Virus record (IMG/VR): IMGVR_UViG_3300040971_000013
Length of the DNA: 58,793 bases
Direction: 5' to 3' (one strand)
From: an uncultured virus (IMG/VR IMGVR_UViG_3300040971_000013)
Taxonomy: Duplodnaviria > Heunggongvirae > Uroviricota > Caudoviricetes
Shown here: piece by piece, positions 36,694 through 45,400 of the stretch
Layout of the letters: the number at the start of each line of letters is the position of its first letter
How positions within the stretch are numbered: position 1 is the stretch's first letter
Translations under genes and position numbers: made by a program
Notes under the pieces: generated by a model
What the model saw: only the letters and a program-made list of their open reading frames with translations
Databases searched by the model: none
What the model was told of the DNA's origin: nothing

Positions 36694-36963
36694 TTATATT
36701 TTATTGGCGCATACAGTCATTTTCGTATTGACTGTTGGTGTAACTTTTACAGACTTTGCCTCGATTTCAATAGAATACGGCAATCTTGTAAGTGCAGATA
36801 GATCTACAGTTTCATATATCCGATAACCACCGCCAGCATTGATTTCAATTTTTACAGAACCAGTAGTCCCAGTAAAATCAAATTGATATCTATTATTGAA
36901 AGCAGCAAGACCAAATTCAAATGGTGTATTTGCTACTAGATCTTGTTCATCATGCATTCTCAT
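36694..36963 (-). CDS. hypothetical structural protein
   Basis: AAGGAG RBS. Confidence 0.55.
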   Translation of the reverse strand: MRMHDEQDLVANTPFEFGLAAFNNRYQFDFTGTTGSVKIEINAGGGYRIYETVDLSALTRLPYSIEIEAKSVKVTPTVNTKMTVCANKI

Positions 36964-36978
36964 TTCTTATTCTCCTTG

Positions 36979-37185
36979 TTATTCTGGAAAGGGATATCTA
37001 GCTTTAATCTCAGCTACTTTTTCCATCCACTTGGTATAGTCAGGGGCTTCACCATTCTTTAGTGCATCATAGTCAGCTTCGATCTTTAGAGGATCTGATT
37101 CAGATGCGTATGCAGAAGAACGGTTATTTAGTGCTTCATTACGTTTGATTTCAAGAACTTTATCTTGATTTACAGTGATTTTCAT
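36979..37185 (-). CDS. tail-fibre assembly chaperone-like protein
   Basis: R..AY..ESDPL...W...VAEIKARYP. Confidence 0.65.
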   Translation of the reverse strand: MKITVNQDKVLEIKRNEALNNRSSAYASESDPLKIEADYDALKNGEAPDYTKWMEKVAEIKARYPFPE

Positions 37186-37197
37186 GTTGTTTGCTCC

Positions 37198-37404
37198 TTA
37201 TGATCCAAAACCATGTGGTTCAGAAAAGTCTACTACCCATGCTTCTTGTGGTACATCTACAGGTAGTTCAGATGCATTGACTATAAGATATGGGGTACCT
37301 GAAGGAACATCCTTCTTTGCTGTTTCTTCTACTGATAATGCACCAGTAGATGCCATTACTGCTACATTTCCGTTTTCTTGTGGAAATAAAATTACTTTTG
37401 ACAT
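37198..37404 (-). CDS. tail-fibre-associated small protein
   Basis: A.KDVP.G.PY.IV...LP....AW. Confidence 0.65.
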   Translation of the reverse strand: MSKVILFPQENGNVAVMASTGALSVEETAKKDVPSGTPYLIVNASELPVDVPQEAWVVDFSEPHGFGS

Positions 37405-37422
37405 ATTAAGCTCCTTTTGTTT

Positions 37423-37518
37423 TTATTTATTATTCTGCATCGGGTTGATCACTCCAGTGGGGGCCATAATGGCTACCATGCCAGGGTCTTGCGGGAAGAG
37501 AATTACTTTAGTTGTCAT
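37423..37518 (-). pseudogene. truncated paralog of 37198-37404
   Basis: MTTKVILFPQDPGMVAIMAPTG vs MSKVILFPQENGNVAVMASTG, stop after 31 aa. Confidence 0.55.
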
Positions 37519-37528
37519 ATGATTGTCC

Positions 37529-37954
37529 TTATACAAACACTGAAACACATACACAACTTGAGTCATAGGCGGCGTCTGTTCCAGTTCTAGCAGCCACCCG
37601 TGCGGAACTACTTTCAGGGTTAGTGGACCACAGTAGTCCAGCATGGCGTATTGATGTGCATAAAACATTCGGGTTTGGAGGTACTACTGTTGCAAAGTTC
37701 ACAGTGTAATCACCCGTGCCTGTTTTCGTCACACTACTAACATTGCCACTCGCCCTAATAGTCGGAGGAGTAGTGGTTCCATCAAAATTCACCCATGCAC
37801 GACATTTATAATTTTCTGTTCCATCAGAGTTTTTCCAAGTATTTGAAACCATTTCTCCAGCAACCAATTCTGTGGTTGTTACACCATTAGGGCAGTTTAC
37901 TGGTCTAGTTCCAGTAGAATCAGTAATTTCGTCTACGCTTAATATACCGGGCAT
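37529..37954 (-). CDS. tail adhesin / fibre tip module
   Basis: CRAWVNFDG...NVSSVT..GTG.Y.VNF. Confidence 0.75.
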   Translation of the reverse strand: MPGILSVDEITDSTGTRPVNCPNGVTTTELVAGEMVSNTWKNSDGTENYKCRAWVNFDGTTTPPTIRASGNVSSVTKTGTGDYTVNFATVVPPNPNVLCTSIRHAGLLWSTNPESSSARVAARTGTDAAYDSSCVCVSVFV

Positions 37955-37957
37955 TGT

Positions 37958-38204
37958 TTAAACCTCTACTACAGACGCTCTTGCATCTGCTCTCTTTTGT
38001 AAGATATCTTCTGGAATGGGTTCACCAGTTTCCTGAAGTCTAATGACGTACCAATCAGTCTGAGAAAGATATGTTCTTGCTTCTTGATTGGTTCTTTCTT
38101 GTTTTTCTTTTTCTAGGTCAATTATCGGTAATTGAGAGATTTCTTGTGGTGTAAGTTCTCTCTGAGTAACGTGTCCAGTATTTAGGTCTACTTGTGTAAT
38201 CATG
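37958..38204 (-). CDS. tail-fibre chaperone-like protein
   Basis: AR.YL..TDWYVIR..ETG.PIP....R..AR; start approximate. Confidence 0.65.
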
Positions 38205-38214
38205 TTAATACTCC

Positions 38215-38847
38215 TTAATACTCCCAACTTATATTGATAGTACCAGCGTCGAACAGATCTGTGCCGTTTACTGTGGTGATGCGGATGCGGTCTAAAACAC
38301 CAGGTATCGAAACAACACCACCGCCAACCCTTGTACCCGCTCGGTTTGACATACCTACGACACTAACTGCGGCCCACATGTTAGGAGCCATGAGACACAA
38401 TGACGCAATACCAGACCGAAAGTCAGTATCTATCCCAATGCCGTCAATATTAAAACCACTTGTTGAATTTCCAGGGCCGTTAGAAGCCACTAGATTAACA
38501 GCGCCAGACTTATACCCAGTAGAGGTAAATGTTGTTGATCCTATGCGGATTTCTATTGGAGAAGCGCCATTCGTACTCACGCCATCAAACATAACAGTAA
38601 CTCTTTTAACGCCTGCTGGAATACCTACAAAATCAACAGCAGTACCAGAAGCAGCAACAGAAGCACCTAGTACAATGTTTTCATCTTTGTTTAACTTAGC
38701 GACTTCTAAACTATTCACTTGACTTACTACTGCCATAGTACCATCTACGTCTGGCAATGATACTGTTCTATTTGTATTAGTATTAGGTGGCTGGAATGTA
38801 ATAGTTCCAGTGCCAGCTGGATTTCCTTGTATTGCTATTTTTGCCAT
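38215..38847 (-). CDS. tail adhesin / fibre tip module
   Basis: NTNRT..LPD..GT; SGT.VDF.GIP..VKR; LDR.RITTVNGTD.FDAG.INI. Confidence 0.75.
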   Translation of the reverse strand: MAKIAIQGNPAGTGTITFQPPNTNTNRTVSLPDVDGTMAVVSQVNSLEVAKLNKDENIVLGASVAASGTAVDFVGIPAGVKRVTVMFDGVSTNGASPIEIRIGSTTFTSTGYKSGAVNLVASNGPGNSTSGFNIDGIGIDTDFRSGIASLCLMAPNMWAAVSVVGMSNRAGTRVGGGVVSIPGVLDRIRITTVNGTDLFDAGTINISWEY

Positions 38848-38859
38848 ATGTGTAACCTG

Positions 38860-39147
38860 TTATTCCTTTATAAATTCTTCAGCTTCATCAATAGAAGTGA
38901 ACCCTAATCTAAATAGTGGCCCATTAGGATCTTCTTTCAGTTGATATTGAGTTTTCTCTTTAGTTTCTGGATCTTCGTATACTTTGTGAGTATCATCTTC
39001 TAAGCCATCACCTATTAGTTCTATAGGATACCAGTTGTCTTTAGTATCAATTAAGTCTTGTACAAAGGATCTGGTTTGTTCTGGGAAATCTATAATAAGG
39101 TTTTCCAGATCAGCCTTTGTGTTTATGTATTTTGGGAACCCTCTCAT
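38860..39147 (-). CDS. hypothetical protein overlapping RT 3' end (tail-associated or DGR accessory)
   Basis: MRGFPKYINTKAD...LFRLGFT; AGGAG RBS; not recognisably Avd. Confidence 0.65.
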   Translation of the reverse strand: MRGFPKYINTKADLENLIIDFPEQTRSFVQDLIDTKDNWYPIELIGDGLEDDTHKVYEDPETKEKTQYQLKEDPNGPLFRLGFTSIDEAEEFIKE

Positions 39148-40144
39148 TAATTGCTCCTATTAAGTCGTTTATCAATTTCAATATATATTTATTTATATGT
39201 GTCGCCCAGGATAGCCAACCAATAGAGGAACATAATGATCCAGCACATTTTGTATAATTGAAAAATTTATTGTGTGATTGTATTTTAAATAATACTAAAC
39301 GACGAATAACTCTTCGACATGTAGAACGTCTAAGAAAAATCATATTAGAGTGATGTTTATATCCTACAAAATCTACACCAGAAGCAACTGGGATTATACA
39401 CCATTTTGAAAATTTTAACTTTATACCGCATAAAAAAGATTCTATAGAATCTTTTATTGTTTTTAGATGGCGTTTACAGTTGCTAAAAATAACAATATCA
39501 TCAGAGTATCGTATATATGGCTTTACCCTAAACGTATGCTTTATATATTGGTCCAATTCATTTAAATACAAATTACCAAACCACTGGCTTGTATAATTTC
39601 CAATAGGAATGTTACAATCTCCCGGAAAAGACCGTATTATATCTTCAATCAAAATCAAAGTATGTTTACATTTTATTTTCTTTTTTATAATGAATAAGAG
39701 AGTATCATGGTTAATAGATGGATAGAATTTACTAATATCAGTTTTCAAACAATATTTGTATTGTTTAACATATTTAGAAACCTTTTTACTTGCTTTATGA
39801 ATTCCCTTCCCTTTTCTACAAGAGTATGAATCATGAATCATCATTTTGTCCCATATTGGAATTAGAATTTGGAGGAGGGCATGTTGCACAATTCTATCTG
39901 GTGCAAAGGGTAATTTATATATTGTTCGTTCTTTTGGTATATAGATGGTTTTATTAGTATACTGAGATGTAGTATATTGACCGGATACTAAAAGTGTTTG
40001 AATTTTCTTCAAGTTTTCTTCTACATTTTTTTCAAATTCTATAACCGCAGCGCGTTTATGTTTTCCTTTAGACGCGGCTATATATGCGCTATATAAATTA
40101 TCATATTCTATTATTTTATTCCATAGATTGCCATGTCGTTTCAA
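39110..40144 (-). CDS. DGR reverse transcriptase
   Basis: PKER.I, DRIVQHA, SCRKGKG.H, LK.DI.KFY.SI, PIGNYTSQ, YIRYSDD, DFVGY; TTG start after AGGAG. Confidence 0.95.
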   Translation of the reverse strand: MKRHGNLWNKIIEYDNLYSAYIAASKGKHKRAAVIEFEKNVEENLKKIQTLLVSGQYTTSQYTNKTIYIPKERTIYKLPFAPDRIVQHALLQILIPIWDKMMIHDSYSCRKGKGIHKASKKVSKYVKQYKYCLKTDISKFYPSINHDTLLFIIKKKIKCKHTLILIEDIIRSFPGDCNIPIGNYTSQWFGNLYLNELDQYIKHTFRVKPYIRYSDDIVIFSNCKRHLKTIKDSIESFLCGIKLKFSKWCIIPVASGVDFVGYKHHSNMIFLRRSTCRRVIRRLVLFKIQSHNKFFNYTKCAGSLCSSIGWLSWATHINKYILKLINDLIGAINERVPKIHKHKG

Positions 40145-40290
40145 AAATACTCCTAAAATAGACTTAATCTGATTTTCGTATAAAACTACTAACCAGATTA
40201 AATCTTTCATAATTTCGCTGACAGACCATTAGTTTATCTGTGCAACTGGATTAAGAGCCGGCCAAAGCGGACGTTTATTCCGCCATGTAT

Positions 40291-40391
40291 CAGACGACCC
40301 ACGACAAGAGTTATTGGAATTCAAATTCAGAGGAGAATTATTCCAATTAGAAGCGCGTGAACCGCAATTCACACCATTAGACCAATCGCCG
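40291..40391 (-). repeat. DGR template repeat (TR)
   Basis: 101-nt copy of 40462-40562 with nine AAY codons; differences almost all at TR adenines. Confidence 0.95.
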
Positions 40392-40419
40392 AGAATCTAT
40401 ATACTCTCTCACCCAAATA

Positions 40420-40427
40420 TATTTATA
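40420..40427 (-). promoter_or_regulatory. T4-type late promoter upstream of TR-RT
   Basis: TATAAATA 28 nt upstream of TR. Confidence 0.7.
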
Positions 40428-40444
40428 CACACAGTATTCATTCA

Positions 40445-41569
40445 TTAGATGATTCTTGGCCCAGACGACCCACGACAAGAGCGATTGGAATTCAAAGTCA
40501 GAGGAGAATTATTCCAAGCAGAAGCGCGTGAACCGCAAGACACACCATAAGACCAAGTGCCGCCAAGGAGACACCTATACGGAGCTTGATAATGTTGCCC
40601 GCCAACTCCGCTATCATTACCGTCAAAAGCGTTTGCCCAAGCTGCAGCAGTCATTACACCACCAGTATCCCTACCCCATTGCCATAAAGCACCACAAAGA
40701 TCCTCTATTCCTTCATTAGAAATCATTCTACGGCCAGCAGTATCAACATGCCCCGTAGTAGTAACTGGATCAGCGCTACCTGTTATATTGGTACCTTGAT
40801 TACATCCTTCACTAGCAGAGAAGAATTCTTGCTGTGAAATAGTTTTCATACCCTGTCTTGCGAACCATTGTTCAAATTTATATGTATGAAAAGCTGGTGA
40901 AGAAGTTCCATCAGCAATAGTTCCATTGTTTACAGATACTAGAGTTGTGCCAGAAACAGAAGGAAGATATATATCAATCCATTTACCACATCTAGATAGT
41001 ACAGTTCCTTCCTGTCTTCCAGAACTTCTATTCATTAGATCCCATACACTTCTAGGCAGAATATCTCCAGCAACGTAACCAGATAGATCATGTCCAGCAA
41101 TAGTCCCGACAGATACGCATAGACAATGGAATCCACCAATCTTCCTAGTATTAGTTGCTGTCTGACCAGTAGGAAAGGTACTATTAGCAGACAGCAATAG
41201 AGTGGTTTGATTTTCTATAGCATACACGTAAAAGTCTTTTCCAGATCTATTAGCTGGTGTAGCAAAAGAGGCTGTATCCCAATTAGATGCTGTATTGATA
41301 TCTATGTTGTATGGGGTAATCTTTGATAGTTTACCGTTGACAATGACAAGAACCTCTGGCACGTTTAGTGTGGTTCTTGTGCCCGATGCACCACCTGCAA
41401 ACTTTTCTGATCGATCAAAGTATGACACTGAAGGACCATAAAAAGCATTTCCATTGATTGTAAATCCATTTGGAAACTCTACAGGACCAGTCTTAGCTAC
41501 ATTAGAAATTTGATCTGTGCCGACTGTACCAGATGTTACACCAGTACTTCCGTCTAATATAATAGGCAT
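40445..41569 (-). CDS. DGR target, Mtd-like C-type-lectin-fold receptor-binding protein
   Basis: RKIGGFH, WIDIYL, G.ED.CG.LWQW, GG.W..G..CGSR...W. Confidence 0.9.
   Translation of the reverse strand: MPIILDGSTGVTSGTVGTDQISNVAKTGPVEFPNGFTINGNAFYGPSVSYFDRSEKFAGGASGTRTTLNVPEVLVIVNGKLSKITPYNIDINTASNWDTASFATPANRSGKDFYVYAIENQTTLLLSANSTFPTGQTATNTRKIGGFHCLCVSVGTIAGHDLSGYVAGDILPRSVWDLMNRSSGRQEGTVLSRCGKWIDIYLPSVSGTTLVSVNNGTIADGTSSPAFHTYKFEQWFARQGMKTISQQEFFSASEGCNQGTNITGSADPVTTTGHVDTAGRRMISNEGIEDLCGALWQWGRDTGGVMTAAAWANAFDGNDSGVGGQHYQAPYRCLLGGTWSYGVSCGSRASAWNNSPLTLNSNRSCRGSSGPRII
40462..40562 (-). repeat. DGR variable repeat (VR)
   Basis: at 3' end of target gene; 9 substitutions at TR adenines, 1 at a G at the 5' edge. 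Confidence 0.95.
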
Positions 41570-41586
41570 TTATTATCTCCCAAAAT

Positions 41587-42219
41587 TTATAAAATTACCC
41601 AACGTGAACCATCAGGAATGATTACTGTAGCAGTATCATTAATAACTACAGGTCCAGTTGTCATAGCATTCTTATTAGTAGTAAGTGTGTAGTCGTGTTG
41701 AATAGTCTGTGAATTCTCATAGAATATGTCGTCTTTATTAGGTTCTACACCACCACCAGTAGCTCCGCCGCCGCCGCCAATAGCTCCCCAGACTCCGTTT
41801 GAATATCCTTCAAACGAATTCAATTCGGTATTATATCGAATTAGACCGTTAGAAGGTGTGCCGGGGCGTTGTGCTTCGGTGCCTACTGGTAATAGAGCTG
41901 CTCCTGTTTCAGAATCTTTTAGAACAGCTCGGTTCCAAATTCCTTTTTCTGCATCAGTAACAAATCTCTTAGTAGTAGTTTCTACAATGATAGAAGCAGG
42001 GTGCGTTGCAGGGTGCGTATAGTTATTGGCATTGTCTGCAACACCATTTAATTTTGTTTTATCAGCTGCACTCATAAAGCCTGCAACAGTAGTAGTTACA
42101 TCAGCATGAGCACCACCAGAAGATCCAACGTGTGAGTTGACTTCTGCTATAGTTAAATTTATTTTATCGCGCCAAAGACCTAGGGTATCACCTAGAGCGA
42201 CTGTTGGATTCGAAGGCAT
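41587..42219 (-). CDS. tail fibre proximal/adaptor protein
   Basis: YTHPATHPA, LP.GT.AQRP, IRYN....FEGY, C-terminal NAM..GP...V.IP.GSRWVIL. Confidence 0.7.
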   Translation of the reverse strand: MPSNPTVALGDTLGLWRDKINLTIAEVNSHVGSSGGAHADVTTTVAGFMSAADKTKLNGVADNANNYTHPATHPASIIVETTTKRFVTDAEKGIWNRAVLKDSETGAALLPVGTEAQRPGTPSNGLIRYNTELNSFEGYSNGVWGAIGGGGGATGGGVEPNKDDIFYENSQTIQHDYTLTTNKNAMTTGPVVINDTATVIIPDGSRWVIL

Positions 42220-42409
42220 TCTTCAACTCCTCTATTTCTTTTTGTTGAAGGTTTACATTATGTTCTAATGCACATACCCTCTGAATTAATGATTCTAATT
42301 TACTTCTTTCTTCTTTTGTTTTTAATATTGCAGCAAGACGTGCTTTTGCTTCTTCATATGCAGCACTATCAGTATTTACAATGCCGGAACCAGATCTTTC
42401 TATCTTCAT
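42188..42409 (-). CDS. small coiled-coil virion protein
   Basis: R..SG.IVNTD..AY. Confidence 0.6.
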   Translation of the reverse strand: MKIERSGSGIVNTDSAAYEEAKARLAAILKTKEERSKLESLIQRVCALEHNVNLQQKEIEELKNAFESNSRSR

Positions 42410-42421
42410 CTTATATCCTTG

Positions 42422-42443
42422 TGGAGGGTCTTAAGACCCTCCA
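42422..42443. terminator. palindromic hairpin after large structural gene
   Basis: TGGAGGGTC-TTAA-GACCCTCCA. Confidence 0.55.
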
Positions 42444-42444
42444 T

Positions 42445-45400
42445 TTAAACTGTAGCAATTGCTCTGAGATTCTTTACTCTTGGAACGTCTACTTTGTTCC
42501 GAGATTTCAAATCAATTTTTATTGCGAAAGACTTGAATTCTGTATCAACATCAATCTCAGGATAGTATGAGTATTCAACAAATGAATTCTGAGTATCAAT
42601 ATTGTTATTTATACTATTACGTTTCATCTTTCGCCAAATAATAGTATCATCCAATAGAAGAGAAGAAACCGTTTTCAAAGAATGAATTTTTTCCCATACA
42701 ATAGACAAATCAGACGGAGTATTCAGAGATATAGCAGATGTTCTTGATCTCCAGATATATCCAAGATATGTTACATATGAGCCAGATGCGTAGTTTGTTG
42801 CGGTCCATGCCGGGCAATTGATATTCGCTGTTGAACTTATCGGAAGAATTAGAATCGCAGTATAATCAGTTGAGATCCCATCATACAATGTCTGAGTGAG
42901 ATCACCATTTTGAATTGCAGCAAATTCATCAGGATTTCCAACAGATCTCAAAAAGATCTTTCTCGTATCTGCATCGTATCCTGTTACAATTACCTGAGAC
43001 TTCGGTTCAAGATTCTTAGATACATTATTATAGTAAAACACTTGACATGTTTGCCCGTCTAGTTTTTCTCCAGCAGAGATATCGATACCAAGACCCACAG
43101 TAGCCTGCGTAACATAGATCGGTTGATAATCTGTAGTTCTAAAGAAGATATCAGCATCAGAGAATCCAGGAGCAATCATATCAAGAATTACTCTGATATC
43201 ATTAGCAGGATTTGCTAGTACAAGATTATTAGATACATATGTTCCAGCGTTATAGATATAAATTGGATCAGAAGAATCCTTTACAAGATTCTTAACAAAG
43301 ATACCATATACCTGTTCAGTATCAATCTGAGGAGAAACATTTGTATCTTCAGTTGACATCACAACTTTAATAGAGAACGGAACAGGATTACCAGATCCAA
43401 TAGCAAAGATAGTTTTCAATGTTCTATTGAAAATATCAGATCTGTTATCGTACTCGGTCCATGTAGCGTCAGAACTCCATTTATAGAACAACTTCGCAGT
43501 CGTTTTTGTTGGAGTAAAGATATTTGCTACAAGAGTTTGCATAGCAACTTCATATTCTTCAGCCTGTAAAGGAAGATCAAATACAGTCTCAGAATTAACA
43601 GATGTAGAAAATACACATTTATTAATTTTGAATTTGATATCTGATAGTTGTTCTGCAGTCCATGTTCTTGCGTTCTGTGAAGAAAACAACGATCCAAGAA
43701 CAGGTTGTTCCGCAATTCCGATGCCAGTAATAAGATCAGCTTTTCCAAGTGTAGAAGTATAAATATTATACTTATATGAAGGTGTAATTACAACAAAAGC
43801 GTATTCTTTATTTCCTTCAAGAAACAATGGTTCACCGAATTTAAAATTGGTCGGTACGTTTACTCCGATATTAACTTCAGAAGGCTGTTTTTGTACATTG
43901 GAAAAGTTCAGCATTCTTTCTGATGGATATCCGTTTTCACATTCAACAACAAAAATATCTACCGGGATATTACTGTCTTTACTTTGGAAGAATATATCAA
44001 TAGAATCAATGTATACTCCATTTTCATCTTCAACAAAAAATGACTGAGCAAGTGGATCATAACTCCAGGTAGAAGATACAGAAGATGTAGTTGTTGTGAC
44101 TGGCACCCACTGACGTACATATGTCTGAGTCACATCATTCCAAATGGTTTTTCCTCTGGCTGTATAAAATGCTGATCCAGAAGAAGTTTTATTTGTATCA
44201 ACAAATTCTACAAGTTTAGTTCCAACCGGCACGTTAGCTGGAACAGTAAAAGTCCCTGAAATAGTACCGTTCACCCCAGGAGTATCATTTGATACAGTTA
44301 AAGGTTTTCCGTCTAAATAAGCATCAAGTTTAATACCTGGACGAAAGCCAGTAGCAGTATAATTTACAACTCTTTGACGCATAAACTGATCTTCTGATTC
44401 TCTAGCAACAGAAGAAGATGCAGTTAGAGCAAACCCAGCATTTTGAAACGTTGTAGACTGTGAAGTTACTACTGTCCCCATCGTCTGACGTGCAATAACA
44501 GCGTTAGCAGACCAAGATCTGAACTGGGACGGGGGTCTTGGTGTTTCAACAAAATTCTGTTTTACAATAATGTTTCCAAGGTTATTTACCCATGTGTCTA
44601 TAGATGGAGATAGTTTCAATGAACCATTCCAAGTATAAAACAATAACTTCTGAATATTCATGTACTCAGATGCATATTTGTTTTCTGCAAAAGTAGAAAC
44701 GGTATAAGGAAGCGTAATAGTTACATCATTCTTCTTAGTATTCAAACTTGCAACTGAGTTATATGTTAGATCCAAATTCTGTGCTTCAAACTGACACCGA
44801 ATAGACTGTTCTGCAGAATCGATAGTACAGTCATACTCATCATTAGTAAAATCTGAATTATCAAAAGTCTCAAAATTATCTGTGAAGATTCCAGACTTAT
44901 ATCTGTTCATTCCATTTTCATCAAGAATCATCATGTTAACAGCTGATTGTTCTAAGAGGTTCAATGAAACAACTTCTTCAACGTTCTTAAGACGCGTATT
45001 GATTCTATCGATAGCAGACATAGTATAACGAGGATTCTCAATTAGAGTCACAATAGATTCATCTCTAAGAGAGTTCACATATGCTTTGGATGATATCATT
45101 CCGATAGCAAGAGCGTTAGATGGAATGTTTGGTAATTGTGGATTCTCAGATGGGATCCCAGGAGATGCACCAAACACACCATTTTTATCAACCCAGATAT
45201 AGTCAGTACGAGGCAGATATATGTTTGCAGTGAATTCAAGCTCTGTTCTGTGAGCAGGATACAGCATCCCAGTTGAATTCAAGGTCGTGCTTTTTACTCT
45301 GAAATCAAGACAATCCCGCAGCACATATGACAATCCAGATGCAGACTTATAGATCGGAATGATTGAATAGATATCAGGAACATCTGATAAAAATGTAGCA

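Noticed and set aside
35889..38847. Additional DGR variable repeats in the other tail-tip genes
   Set aside because: No second copy of the TR sequence was found by eye in this window.
38860..39147. 95-aa ORF called as Avd
   Set aside because: It lies downstream of RT and lacks the Avd four-helix, basic pattern; left as unknown.
39110..40210. RT as group II intron or retron; ATG start at 40210
   Set aside because: The adjacent TR/VR pair and GNYTSQ motif identify a DGR RT, and no intron domain V or msr-msd is seen. The TTG at 40144 has an RBS and gives the typical KR.GNL start.
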